Shown here piece by piece: positions 35,322-46,300 of a stretch of DNA of 64,000 bases. The stretch covers positions 1-64,000 of IMG/VR virus record IMGVR_UViG_3300014613_000001. One strand, 5' to 3'. The translations under genes and the position numbers were made by a program. Under the pieces are notes generated by a model. That model was not told where the DNA came from and did no database searches. It saw only the letters and a program-made list of their open reading frames with translations. The DNA comes from a virus. Numbering within the stretch: the stretch's first letter is position 1; each line of letters begins with the position of its first letter.

Positions 35322-38300
35322 ATGGACAAGCCGGCGGCAGGAAAGCAGACGAGCGGTTTCATGAAGTCCCGATCAGGGACCAGGCCCTACCGCGTCGAGA
35401 CGCTGCTCAAGAGAGAGCCCTCCAAGAAGCCGAGTGAGGTGCTCAATCCTCTCAGCAGCGCTGAGAAGAAGTACGCCAAGGCCATGGTGCAAGACGAGGG
35501 TGGCGGGGAGTTCGTCAAGAAGGGGGAAGCCGACCTCAAGAATCAGTGCTTCTTTCGCTCTGCGACGATGGCTGCGCTGAATCCGGAGCTTCGTCTTTTC
35601 AAGGGTCAGCACTCCGGCCAGTCGGCAGGGGACACCGGTCATTTCTATCTGCAGGATCCGGCGGGGAAGGTCATCGACCCGACGGCATCACAGTTCAAGA
35701 CGGGCAGGCTCGTGGATCGCGGGTATGAGGTGTCCGTCGCAAAGAACTTGGATTATGTGATCTCAGATCCACTGTTCAGGACCATGTCGAAGACAGATCA
35801 GACGGCCATTCGATCTCTGCAGAAGAAGGGGGAAGCTGCGGAAGGTAGGGATGCAGTACGTCACGTTCTCATCACCGGACTGCCAGCGGCCGGTAAGACG
35901 ACAGAGGGGAAGAGGCTATCCAAAGAGACGGGAATGCCACTCATCTCGTTGGACGGCTTGCCGAAGTCCTACCAGGGCCCAGGTAAATGGGTACGGACGG
36001 ATGGCGCACGACGTTTGATGTCGGAGCTCGATGAGCCACATATCATCGAGGGAACGCAGCTCTTGGGTCTAAGACCTGATGAGATCAAAGGTCATGACTT
36101 CCATGTGCTCGAACAACCGAAGAACGTCATTATTGATCGCTTGGTCGATCGTGGATGGAAGGATGATCAGGGCAAGCTCCATAAGGGTGAGTCACAGAGG
36201 GGGGCGGCAGGAAAGTTCTACTATGAGCATGAGCGCTGGCTGAAAAACCCAATGAAGAAAACGGCTGCCGTAGACCTCGTTCACCTCCAAGGCGAGGAGG
36301 CACAGAAGTTCGGGCAGCAGTATCCCGATGCCAAGGTGCGGCAACGTGATGTCATCGCCGCGGTCAAGGGCGGCAAGTATATCGGGGGCATAGCTGTGAA
36401 ACCCGGTCCTGATGACTTCACGAAGAAGATCTTTGGCGAGGTCGCGCCTAACCGTCCGTCTTCCGGGCACGTCTCGTACCTCCATGTCGATGACGATCAG
36501 CGGAAGCAGGGGATCGGGCGAGCTCTGCTCAACGAGGCGCTCAAGGGTCGGCCAAACCTGACGCTCGGAACGGATAATCGGGGGGTAAACACCGATGAAT
36601 CTGCGGTTAGGCTATACGAGAAAGCGGGATTTGAGCCACTGAAGAAGGAGACGAGAAGCACCTATTGGATGAAGAAGGAGGGCGAGAATCTTCTTCCCCG
36701 TCCCAACGAGTTCGCTCCCGGCATCCGCAAGGAGCGCCGTATTGAGCCTATTCCCGGGGTCAAAGAGTCAGGGCCAAACACGGCGTGGACCGCCAGCCTC
36801 TCCAAGCATCCGGCCGCTCGGCGGGGTGATCATCTCGATCTGAGGCTCGTCGACGAAAAGGGTCGTGCACACTCATGGGCGCTCAAGGCAATACCCGAGC
36901 CCGGGAAGAGCACCTACGCGGCTCAGATGCCCACGCACTCCGGGAAGTACGCCAAGAAGACGAAGCCCTTTACCATCCCTCTCGGCGTGTATGGAGGCAC
37001 AAGGCCGGGTGCTCAGGTCGAATCGGTGTACGTTCAGCCGGCAGAGGTCATCTCGGCCAATTCGAACAGGGTTCACATTCTTCGTCATCATGGTCAAGAG
37101 ACCGAAGAGCTGGTCATGCGCCGGCTGTCTGCTCCTCAGTTGCCTGGATCTCGGCCCCAAGCTCCGCTGTGGGCCCTCCATAACGCGACGAGGACGCGGG
37201 AGACGAAGGACGGAGGTCTTCTTCCGGATAGCAAGCCCAAGTACCGGGAGCAGACCGTAGACGTGGTCGACTTGGGTGACACCTCCACGATCATGACCCC
37301 GAAGCTCGATGGGGCACACGTCTTGGTGCAGTTTCCAAAGAGCGGGAAGATGCAGCGCGTCTTCTCCTACCGTCCGACCGAGAGAAATGGTGGCCTGATC
37401 GAGCACACCTTCAAGTTCCCCGGCTTCCAAAACAGGAAGACGCCCGAGGGCCTTCAGGGTACAGTGATCAGAGCCGAGGCTTGGGGGACCGGTCCGGACG
37501 GCAAGGCTATCCCGGCTTCCGAGCTCGGAGGTTTGCTCAACTCATCGGTGCCGAGGTCCCGTCGTGATCAAGAGTCTAGAGGTGTGACGTTGCGCCTGAC
37601 AGGACATGATGTAATCCGTCACGGTGGCATGGATTACAGCGCCAAGGGGTTCGAAGATAAGCTCCGCGTCCTCGAGAAGGTTCGCAAGCAGACCAAGGGG
37701 ACGGTGGAAGCTCCCATCACTGCCCGCACCCCAGAAGAAAAGATGAAACTGTTCGAGAGCATAAAAAGTGGAGTGTTTCCGGACACTAAGGAGGGCGTGG
37801 TGCTTCACTCCATGCTCCCTGCCGTTCCCCCCACGAAGGTCAAAATCAAGCAGGACGACGATGTGTACGTCCGAGGTGTCTACAACAAATCGTCGAAGGA
37901 CAGTGCCGCGGGCTTTACCTACTCCCTCGATCCTACGGGGCCGATCGTGGGGCGCGTCGGTACTGGCCTCTCCTCTCAGATGCGACGCGAGATGTCCGAG
38001 GCTCCGGAGAAGTTCGTAGGCAGAGTGGCGAAGGTACAGTCAGCCGGTCGGCACCAACCCCGTGGAGGTGAGCCCGGAGCTCTCGTCGGGTCCCCCGCGT
38101 TCAAGGAGTGGCACATCGACAAGACACCTCCTAAGTTGTTGAAGGAGAGTGCGGTCCGTATCAGCGTGCCGTTGGGGCTCGGGTTCATTTCTGCAGGGAC
38201 GGCTGCCACTCTTCAGTACAAGAAAAAACAGAAGGAGCTCCAGGAGCTGAAGGATCGAAGTCCGATACAGCGTACGGGGGCTGTTTTGGCGAATCGTCTT

Positions 38301-38657
38301 CGACAGGATGTCAGGGGGACGACGGGGGGATTCTCAGAACAGCGTGTGGGGGCTGCTATGGCGGCGCGTCTTCGTGATGAGATCAGAAATACGGTTCGCG
38401 GAGATTTCGCACGTCGTAATCCTGGTCTCTCGAAGAAGGGATCGGAGTTTGAGAAGAATCTCGATCCTATGAACTACCTTCCGTTCGACAGCAAGTACAT
38501 GCAGGTCGCGCTCGACATCGCCGAGACCCGGCCAACTGTGAAATTGCTTGGCAGGACGGTTCGTGGGGTCAGGAGCCAAGCCGGGAATATCAAGGAGTTC
38601 ACGAAGGATAGAGCTGGTGATCTCCAGAGATTCGTCAAGGAGAGGAAAACGAACTGA
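35322..38657 (+). CDS. multi-enzyme polyprotein: Cys-His-Asp domain, P-loop kinase, GNAT, LigD 3'-phosphoesterase, ATP-dependent DNA ligase, TM segment
   Basis: GLPAAGKT (Walker A); QRKQGIGRALL...AVRLYEKAGF (GNAT); KHPAARRGDHLDLRL...HSWAL...HSGKY...IPLGVYGG (LigD PE); TPKLDG, EGVVL, KIKQ, GRVGTG (ligase adenylation and OB fold). Confidence 0.8.
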   Translation: MDKPAAGKQTSGFMKSRSGTRPYRVETLLKREPSKKPSEVLNPLSSAEKKYAKAMVQDEGGGEFVKKGEADLKNQCFFRSATMAALNPELRLFKGQHSGQSAGDTGHFYLQDPAGKVIDPTASQFKTGRLVDRGYEVSVAKNLDYVISDPLFRTMSKTDQTAIRSLQKKGEAAEGRDAVRHVLITGLPAAGKTTEGKRLSKETGMPLISLDGLPKSYQGPGKWVRTDGARRLMSELDEPHIIEGTQLLGLRPDEIKGHDFHVLEQPKNVIIDRLVDRGWKDDQGKLHKGESQRGAAGKFYYEHERWLKNPMKKTAAVDLVHLQGEEAQKFGQQYPDAKVRQRDVIAAVKGGKYIGGIAVKPGPDDFTKKIFGEVAPNRPSSGHVSYLHVDDDQRKQGIGRALLNEALKGRPNLTLGTDNRGVNTDESAVRLYEKAGFEPLKKETRSTYWMKKEGENLLPRPNEFAPGIRKERRIEPIPGVKESGPNTAWTASLSKHPAARRGDHLDLRLVDEKGRAHSWALKAIPEPGKSTYAAQMPTHSGKYAKKTKPFTIPLGVYGGTRPGAQVESVYVQPAEVISANSNRVHILRHHGQETEELVMRRLSAPQLPGSRPQAPLWALHNATRTRETKDGGLLPDSKPKYREQTVDVVDLGDTSTIMTPKLDGAHVLVQFPKSGKMQRVFSYRPTERNGGLIEHTFKFPGFQNRKTPEGLQGTVIRAEAWGTGPDGKAIPASELGGLLNSSVPRSRRDQESRGVTLRLTGHDVIRHGGMDYSAKGFEDKLRVLEKVRKQTKGTVEAPITARTPEEKMKLFESIKSGVFPDTKEGVVLHSMLPAVPPTKVKIKQDDDVYVRGVYNKSSKDSAAGFTYSLDPTGPIVGRVGTGLSSQMRREMSEAPEKFVGRVAKVQSAGRHQPRGGEPGALVGSPAFKEWHIDKTPPKLLKESAVRISVPLGLGFISAGTAATLQYKKKQKELQELKDRSPIQRTGAVLANRLRQDVRGTTGGFSEQRVGAAMAARLRDEIRNTVRGDFARRNPGLSKKGSEFEKNLDPMNYLPFDSKYMQVALDIAETRPTVKLLGRTVRGVRSQAGNIKEFTKDRAGDLQRFVKERKTN

Positions 38658-39412
38658 TGAACGCTGTCCTCGACTTTCTGCAGGACGAAAAAGACCGAAT
38701 CGAGAAAGAGGCCACTTCTCGTTCGGAGAAGGATCTTGAGCTCTGGCAGCGATGGGATCAGAATGGCCGGCAGGCGGAAGATCTTGATCCGTTGATGAAA
38801 CAGCTCACGCCACTCATACGGAAGCAGACGAACATCTACTCCGGGCACGTGAACATTCCGAAGCCTGCTGTCGAGGCTGAATTCCAGATCCAGGCGATCA
38901 ATGCGTTGCACAAGTACGATCCTAAGAAGGCGGCGCTGAATACCTTCCTCACCCATCAGCTCAAGAAGGGGAAGCGCTTTATCTCGACCTACCAAAACAT
39001 CGGAAGGATCTCTGAGACTCGTATCTACAAGATCAACGAGTTCCAGAACACTCGTGATCTTCTCGCGGACAAGCTCCGTCGTGATCCATCCGCACACGAG
39101 ATCGCCGACGAGATGAAGTGGCCCGTTCGTCAAGTCACGGCCATGGAGCAGGAGATCCGGCGAGATGTCCCGACGTCGACCTTGATCACAGGTGGGATGG
39201 AGGAGATCCGTCCTTCGAAAGAGGGCGAAGTGCTTCGCTTGCTCCAGTATGATTTGGATCCGGAAGAGAAGCTCGTGTACGAGTATCTTCTCGGAGAGAA
39301 CGGCAAGCCGCAGTTGAAGCCCGGGGCGATCGCCACGAAGATGAACATCAACCCCTCGAAGGTTTCTCGTATCAAGGCCAGTATCGCGGCAAAGGCTAGG
39401 AGGTACTCGTGA
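38657..39412 (+). CDS. sigma70-family RNA polymerase sigma factor (FliA/SigB-like)
   Basis: ALHKYDPKKAALNTFLTHQL (region 2), LRRDPSAHEIADEM (region 3), LDPEEKLV...IATKMNINPSKVSRIK (region 4). Confidence 0.85.
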   Translation: MNAVLDFLQDEKDRIEKEATSRSEKDLELWQRWDQNGRQAEDLDPLMKQLTPLIRKQTNIYSGHVNIPKPAVEAEFQIQAINALHKYDPKKAALNTFLTHQLKKGKRFISTYQNIGRISETRIYKINEFQNTRDLLADKLRRDPSAHEIADEMKWPVRQVTAMEQEIRRDVPTSTLITGGMEEIRPSKEGEVLRLLQYDLDPEEKLVYEYLLGENGKPQLKPGAIATKMNINPSKVSRIKASIAAKARRYS

Positions 39413-39615
39413 CAACCCGGGATGAGAGACTCACTGCGCTTCGCGAGGCCGTGACCGAGTGGTCTGATCGGCGTATCGGAGAGCTCGAGGATCAGGCTGC
39501 GTTTCTTCGTTCCGTTCTTGAAGGTCGAACGAACGGCGGGCAATTGGCCGACTTTGTGACCGGACAGGCTTCGGCGCTGCTCGAAGACGAGATCAACGCC
39601 TTTTTGGTGGAGTGA
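39409..39615 (+). CDS. hypothetical protein
   Basis: GTGA-coupled, GGAGG RBS. Confidence 0.5.
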   Translation: MTTRDERLTALREAVTEWSDRRIGELEDQAAFLRSVLEGRTNGGQLADFVTGQASALLEDEINAFLVE

Positions 39616-39618
39616 GCC

Positions 39619-40077
39619 ATGTTTTATGTAGACGTCCTGATGGACAAGCTGGCGGCGGCAAAGCAAGAGGGGAACAGGTTTGAGCGGGGCGCTGCGAGTT
39701 CTGCTCGGGTGGTGGGCAAAGTGAAGCGCTTCTTTACCGGTCTTGGGTCCGGGCATGTAAGCCGCAAAGAGATGGGGGTGCTCCAAAAGCAGATCAAGTC
39801 CACCGAGCCGAAGAGCAAAAAGCAGCAGTTGCTTGAGCGTCTGTCCGGACGGGCATGGACCTCTAAGCAGTATATTCGTAACGCGGGCATCGGAGCTGGT
39901 GCGCAGATAATTGGAAGCGCTATAGGAAATGTCATAGAAAAAAAACCGGTGTTTGCGCCTAAGAACGCCATCAGAACGCTGGCTCGTCAAGCGGTCCTTG
40001 GATCCATTTATGCGTCGGCGATTCCAGCCGGAAGAAGGTTGGCCGACATCGAAGCGGCCAAGCGCGGCAAGTACTGA
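39619..40077 (+). CDS. basic hypothetical protein (possible internal virion protein)
   Basis: 152 aa; LMDKLAAA N-terminus. Confidence 0.5.
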   Translation: MFYVDVLMDKLAAAKQEGNRFERGAASSARVVGKVKRFFTGLGSGHVSRKEMGVLQKQIKSTEPKSKKQQLLERLSGRAWTSKQYIRNAGIGAGAQIIGSAIGNVIEKKPVFAPKNAIRTLARQAVLGSIYASAIPAGRRLADIEAAKRGKY

Positions 40078-40090
40078 CAGGAGGTCTCCT

Positions 40091-40810
40091 ATGGCTGGAA
40101 GTGAGACACACAGCATACAGGGTATCGGAGAGGCTCTGGCCGTCATTCACAGCGACCTGAGTTCGATGAAGCCCGATGTCCGCTCCGTCAGCATGGGAGT
40201 CGTGGCGCTCACGACCCAGATGGCGGATGTCAAAGAGAGCATCGTCGAGGTAAAGGATCGGATCTCGAAGGTCGAAACACGTGCGCACCAGTGCGACCAG
40301 GTGGAGACCATCGCACAGCACAAAACTGATATGGGGGCGCTCGCTGAAAAAATCGACAGCGATGTGGTCTACGGGGTCGAGACGCGTGGACAACTCGTGG
40401 CCACTACGGACCGAGTAAAGGACATGGAGCAGGAGGAGATCTCAAACAAGTCGTTCCGCCGATCCACAGCTATCTGGATCATCGGTCTTGTACTCGGGGT
40501 TTCTGGATCAGTGTTCGGGGGAGTGTGGTGGTTCGCCCAGTATAAGGCCGAGTCTTCTTATCGTGCGACAACGAACAGTGTCAGTACGGATCGAAATACT
40601 CAGCGGATCATGGATGTCGAACGAGAGATCAAGCTGGGGAACAGGACGGTGATCCAGGAAATCGGGGCTCTTCGGGAAGAGGTGCTGGAGCGTAATGAGG
40701 CGGACAAGCTCCGGGCGGTCTCCTTCGACGAGTGGTACCGAGGTCTTTCCAAGATTGAGCAGGCACGGTTACGGCGCACCATCAAAGGTGTTCCACCAGT
40801 TCCCATGTGA
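40091..40810 (+). CDS. coiled-coil protein with central TM helix
   Basis: GGAGG RBS before ATG 40091; hydrophobic IWIIGLVLGVSGSVFGGVWWF. Confidence 0.6.
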   Translation: MAGSETHSIQGIGEALAVIHSDLSSMKPDVRSVSMGVVALTTQMADVKESIVEVKDRISKVETRAHQCDQVETIAQHKTDMGALAEKIDSDVVYGVETRGQLVATTDRVKDMEQEEISNKSFRRSTAIWIIGLVLGVSGSVFGGVWWFAQYKAESSYRATTNSVSTDRNTQRIMDVEREIKLGNRTVIQEIGALREEVLERNEADKLRAVSFDEWYRGLSKIEQARLRRTIKGVPPVPM

Positions 40811-40842
40811 GCACACCTGAGATAGCGTAGAATCGAGGTGAC

Positions 40843-41781
40843 ATGTCGTACATTCTCACCATAGAGGTCGCGGACATCACGGACGTGGCGGCACAGTTCG
40901 ATGAGATCCAGGTGTGGCGCTCGGATGATGGCGAGGACGGAACATACCAGGAGATCACTGGAGCTCTTCTTGCGGGTGCCTCGATCACTAGCGCGGAAGA
41001 GGGCCCATTCACGGTTGACGGCCTGACATTCGAGGTGGACATCAATGACCTCGGTACCCAGAGTCTCACCTTCGACACGACTGATCCAATAACGGCTGCG
41101 GATCTGGCGACTCTGTTGTCCACGCTTCTGGTAGGGGCGACTGTCGTAGACGACAGGAACACGCTGGTCATCACGAACGACGAGACGGGCACGGACTCCT
41201 CGCTCGAGATCATTGGCGGGACTGCGCTGGATGAGCTTGGTTTCACTGAAGGGGACAAAGACATCGGTTCGGCTGTGCGCATCCCACTGGTTCTCGGGAC
41301 GAGTGAGTATAGCTTCACCGATGAGAGTGGGCTCTCGGCGTCGTACTACCGAGTGCGATACTTCGATAGCGGAACCGACGCTGTCTCGGCGTTCCAACCG
41401 CCATTCCAGGCTACAGCGGAGACTTTGGTACCTTCGGCATCCCTCATCCTCGGGTATGTTGATCTGGCTGATCTCGATGGATCACCACTCGTGGCAAGAG
41501 AGATCACCGTGTACTTCAAGTACGTTCCCCCGCTGGTCATAGGCGCCATCGGGATCATGGGACGGACGGTCCTGTTGGAGACGAACAGCTCCGGTCATGC
41601 GGAGTCACTGCTGGTCAAAGGTTCGGTCGTGGACGTAGCGATAGTTGGAACGAACATGGTTCGTGAGATCACTGTTCCGTCATCCGGGACGTCGTTCGAC
41701 ATCATGGCAGCGGTAGCGTCTGCGGATGACGTGTTCCAGATTCAGACACCCGATATCCCGACGGCGGTGAGGAGATCCTAA
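40843..41781 (+). CDS. virion structural protein (beta-rich)
   Basis: 312 aa Thr/Val/Asp-rich; C-terminal half resembles part of the 42078 protein. Confidence 0.55.
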   Translation: MSYILTIEVADITDVAAQFDEIQVWRSDDGEDGTYQEITGALLAGASITSAEEGPFTVDGLTFEVDINDLGTQSLTFDTTDPITAADLATLLSTLLVGATVVDDRNTLVITNDETGTDSSLEIIGGTALDELGFTEGDKDIGSAVRIPLVLGTSEYSFTDESGLSASYYRVRYFDSGTDAVSAFQPPFQATAETLVPSASLILGYVDLADLDGSPLVAREITVYFKYVPPLVIGAIGIMGRTVLLETNSSGHAESLLVKGSVVDVAIVGTNMVREITVPSSGTSFDIMAAVASADDVFQIQTPDIPTAVRRS

Positions 41782-42062
41782 TGATCCCAGTAGCAGCGTT
41801 CTTTCTCATGGCGAGGCAAGTTGTCCGAGGGGCGCAGATGGAAAAGATCCGTAATGCGACACTGGCCCGGGCTGCGGCGACAGCTGTACCTGATGAACAG
41901 GGTGCTCGGATCTCAGGTCTTCAGAGGATGCGTGCCAACAGCCGTGCTCAGATGAATGTGGAGCTCGCGAGTCGAGGATTGGCGATGCCGGGTATGGACG
42001 GATCACCAAGTGCGGCGCACATTCAGGCTGCCGCCGCGAAGTCGAATTCTGTCGGCATGTGA
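41781..42062 (+). CDS. hypothetical protein
   Basis: TAATG coupling. Confidence 0.4.
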   Translation: MIPVAAFFLMARQVVRGAQMEKIRNATLARAAATAVPDEQGARISGLQRMRANSRAQMNVELASRGLAMPGMDGSPSAAHIQAAAAKSNSVGM

Positions 42063-42077
42063 TCTCACCAGGAGTGG

Positions 42078-43040
42078 ATGATGGCTCTCGAGACAGTTCG
42101 TGTGTACGCCGTTGATGAGGTCGGTGATGCTTTGTCTGGTGTTCTGGTTCGAGCCTACGACGATCTCGGTGCGCTCGTAACCCAAAACACGACGGCCCTC
42201 GTGGGCGTTGAGGCCTATTGCGAGCTCGCGCTCGACGGTAACAACCCACCGGAGGAGTACACAATTCGGTTGAGCAAGACCGGTGTGGCGTTTGATGGGA
42301 CGTTGGGAGACGACAGCAAGACCCCGCAGTCCATCAGCGTCTACAGTCCTGAGGCTCTCGCGCCTGTGACAGGGACGAACAATTTCCAGGTACAGGGGCA
42401 GACGTTCACGCTTTCGGCCGCCACAGATCCGCGGCTGTGTCGTTGTTCGGGCTTCTTCGTGGATGCGTCGGGTAGACCCCTGGAGAACCTCGACATCCAC
42501 TTCATCCCGGTTTGTTACAACGAAGATCAGTCTGATTTTTTTCCGTTGATCGTGGATGGCTATGCCGTGATGGGGGACAAGATCCTGACACGGACGGACG
42601 AAGATGGCTATCTCGAAGTCGATCTCTTCAGAACTGCTGAGGTTTCGGCGCTCGTACAGGGTCTCGAGCATTCGAGGAGGATCATCAAAGTCCCGGACTC
42701 GGCCTCTGTGAGCTTGATCAATCTTCTCTTCCCGGTTGTGACGGAGGTGACGTTCGGTACGAACCCGGTGACGATCGCGGTCGACGCCTACGTGGATATC
42801 GTTCTTACGATTCTGTCTTCGGACGGGCAGACGCTCGATGCTACCGATCTTGACGTCACATTCACCAGCAGTGATACGGGTGTTGCGACTGTTCAGCTCC
42901 AGACTGACACTGGGTTGCTGCGTGTCATGGGCGTAGCATCCGGTGCCACGACGATCACAGCTGCACGAGCCGATGACACCATCGTCACACTCCCGGAAGA
43001 ACCGGTTACATACACACCATTGGTGGTAACGGTGACTTGA
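42078..43040 (+). CDS. structural protein with C-terminal Ig-like (Big_2) domain
   Basis: VTFTSSDTGVATV...GVASGATTITA. Confidence 0.65.
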   Translation: MMALETVRVYAVDEVGDALSGVLVRAYDDLGALVTQNTTALVGVEAYCELALDGNNPPEEYTIRLSKTGVAFDGTLGDDSKTPQSISVYSPEALAPVTGTNNFQVQGQTFTLSAATDPRLCRCSGFFVDASGRPLENLDIHFIPVCYNEDQSDFFPLIVDGYAVMGDKILTRTDEDGYLEVDLFRTAEVSALVQGLEHSRRIIKVPDSASVSLINLLFPVVTEVTFGTNPVTIAVDAYVDIVLTILSSDGQTLDATDLDVTFTSSDTGVATVQLQTDTGLLRVMGVASGATTITAARADDTIVTLPEEPVTYTPLVVTVT

Positions 43041-43378
43041 TGGTGGTGCTGCAGCAGCCGGATGAGAACTACTGGGAGACGAGGAAAGAACTCGAGGCAT
43101 CTCAGGCGATCTGGCGCAGCATCTTTGAACGGGCTGTGCGGGACATCGTCACGTATCGTGATCAGCGGACACCTTACCGGAAAAAGGTGCACGAGACGGC
43201 ACTCAACTGGGCCCTGTGTTGGGACGATTCTGATCGGGATCAGCTCTTCACCTTTCCGTGGATCTGCGACACCTTGGGCTGGGACCCCGACAAGGCAGCT
43301 CGTCTCATCTGGGAAGCGCGGAGGACGAATTTTGAGTCTCTGGCAGACGCTCTGAAGGAGCACGACAATGGCGTATGA
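43037..43378 (+). CDS. conserved phage hypothetical protein
   Basis: IW..IFERAVRD...FPWICDTLGWDP pattern. Confidence 0.5.
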   Translation: MMVVLQQPDENYWETRKELEASQAIWRSIFERAVRDIVTYRDQRTPYRKKVHETALNWALCWDDSDRDQLFTFPWICDTLGWDPDKAARLIWEARRTNFESLADALKEHDNGV

Positions 43379-46300
43379 GGATGATGAGCGATCCGCGGCC
43401 GTGCAAGAGCTCGTTCAAGGGACTCTCACATTTCCGATGACTGGACTCGGGACTCGGGATCTCGGCGAATCCTACGCCGAGGTCATTGAGCTCGTTCATT
43501 CAGCCTTGATCTATGATCCGGACACCGTTTTCTACCTGCTCTACCTTGCTTCTCGGCGTCTTCGAGCTGCTGTTGCTGCGGAAATCGCGTTGTGCACGAG
43601 CTTGATGGCGGCCGTTGACGACCTCTCGATGCCAAACAGGCCTGTTGAGGATGTGAGCGCGCTGGTGAGCGCTCGGCAGAGCGTCTTGGCGCTTGGTGGG
43701 GCCTTGAGTAGGCGCGGGCGTGTGGGCGGCCCTGAGTACGAACGATACCGGGGAGCTCTTTCTCGTGTGCGGAAGCAGTTGCAGCGAGTGGTCCGCGCTG
43801 ATTACGTGCCTCGAGGGGCGACGAGCAGCGTTCGAGATGTCGTTCGTCCGTGGGCAGAGGCCCGTCTCGCTTCTTCCAACGGTTTTGCAGCTCTTGTCGA
43901 GCAGCACTCCACCGTTCTTCAGCAGATCGATTGGTTTCTCGTGGCCTTCCAGGAGTTTCAGGACGCCGGCGTTGCATCTTCGGCTACAAGTCGTCAGCTT
44001 GTGCGGGCCTCTGCTCAGCTCAACGACGTGTACGAGACGCTCGAGCCCCTGAGTCCTTTCGAAAGGACGGCTGTGGCACGCGATGCGTTGCTTCGTGTCT
44101 TGAGCAACGAGACCGTGGTCAAGATGCTCGCTACTGGAATGCGCCCGGGGGACTACAGGATCAGCCAGAGTCCGAGCGCAGCTCCCATGTATCGGATGTC
44201 GGCGTATGGGACTGGAACGCCGGCTTCTGTGATCGGATCAACGTGCGCTCCCTACCCGCTTTACGACAGCGGGGCGGTTGCTCCGACCAACATCCTGTCG
44301 TTCTCCTCTTTGAACGGGTCTGTCGTCGTGGTTGATCTTACTCCAGCCGGTCTTTCGACTGTGCCAGGCATCCAGGCTGCGGAGCTGATCGGATGTGCGG
44401 AGGGACCTTTCCACATTGGTATTGATCTTGATACGCCGCCGCCGATGTTGTCCGCGAAAGGACCCTACGACACCCGCCCGCCGTTACTCGGCGGTAACGG
44501 CGGCATGTTTCATGTCATGGTCGACGGGGAAGTCTACGAGTTTCCGCTTCCATCGAATATCGCTCTGACAGCAGCCGCAACCGCAGCCGCACTCGATGCG
44601 GCAGGAGCTCCGTGGTTCAAGTTCTCGGACGGGACCGCCACGAAGCCTCCGCTGACCTTCACGGCTCCGGGTGGTACGAACGTGTTGGTGGAGTACACTA
44701 ACGCGACGCCTCCGCAGCGCTATCGAGATCGGTGTATTGAGATCACTCCGGGATTTCAATACTGCATGGGGCTCTTTCCATGGACCGGTGGCACGGTTCC
44801 GCCAAGATCTTCGGGCTGGGACGACAACACCAAACTCTGGATCAAGCCCAACGATATGCCGACCTACGTCGAGGTTCCGCTCACTGTTGGAGATGCGCGG
44901 ACAGCAGCGAACATCGTGGCGGACATCGATGCGGCGGCGGCTATCGCTGTCGAGGACTTTGAGGGCGACACGGACGGTAACCGGGTCGTGGTCCGTTCGA
45001 CCATCGAAGGAGAGGGTTCCATCGTCACGATCTTGTCCGGGGGCCTTTATGTTGCGGGCGTGAAGATCGGTTTGTGCACTCCGTCGCATCTCGGGGCGCT
45101 CACTCTTGGTCTCATACCAAGCATGGAGGACCGCGAAGTCGACGTGGACATCCGGGCCCTCATGAATGTCCTGAACATGGATGCTGCGTTCAACGTCGAG
45201 GCGATAGCGACGAACGAAAGGAATGAGTACCTCGAGTCACGAAGGGCGACCAGGACCGGTGCGTCGTCTCTTGCCATAGACATCGCCACAGATCCGACGG
45301 CGTTGTGGCCGGCGTATACGGAGATCAAGCTGGAGATCCGCAACGGAGACAACCGCGGCGTCTACGGTCTGACGGCTGCTCCAGTCCATGCAGTGGGGGT
45401 TCTGACGTTCGCGCTCGATCGTCGATTGCGGGATACGACGGCAGGTCTCCAGCACATCATCATGGTCTACAGGGAGCGCCTCCGGGTCACGTCGCTTGAT
45501 ACGTCGTTGGCGAGTGAGATTCAGTGCGATGATCCGGCCAATACTGCACGTCTGATCTTCGGATTCGATCTCCTGGTTCATGTCGGAGACGCGGGATACG
45601 TGCTCGTGGAGCGTGACGACCCGGTGTACGGGTGGATCGCGCAGAATCTGCAGGCACGTTTCATTCGTGTCGGGGACACGATCTACAATGGTACCGGCAC
45701 GTATCAGACTACGGTGTCGGGGATCGGGGAGCTCAGTGACGGCGTGATTGAGGTGAGCCCGAATGTCGTTCCCTCCTTCTCTCTTACGGTAGCTGGGTTT
45801 TCGGTCAGGTCGTTACCGCAGGATCAGTACGAGACCATCTTGGCCGGTGTCGAGACGTGGTTGGATGTCACGCTCAGTCCGTACGAAGAGGGTCTGCCGA
45901 GCATAGACCGAGCTCTGGCTCCTTTGCTGTTGAGCACACCATCTCGATCGCGCGTGGACTCGGCGTACAATCTCGTGTCGGGTCTGAGCACTCGGCTTAC
46001 CGCTCTTCAGACAACTTTGGATGCGGTGTCGATGGCCGCGGTCAAAGCCGCTACCGTAGCGTTGTCGACACTGCTCGAGCAGGGTTTTGATCGTGCTCGG
46101 AGGCTCTTGCTTGACGGCAGGTACAGTGAGTTCTTCGCGCTTACAGCCAGTGACGCGTCGTTCAGTCGGCGCTTTCAGACAGCTGTGAACGAGGTCATCG
46201 TATCGGACGCCAATGTTTCGAGTTACGCGACAAGCCGTGGGAGCTCGGACGCCACCCGTCTCGTGAGCTCCTGGTCATCTGAGATAGATCCTCAATACGA

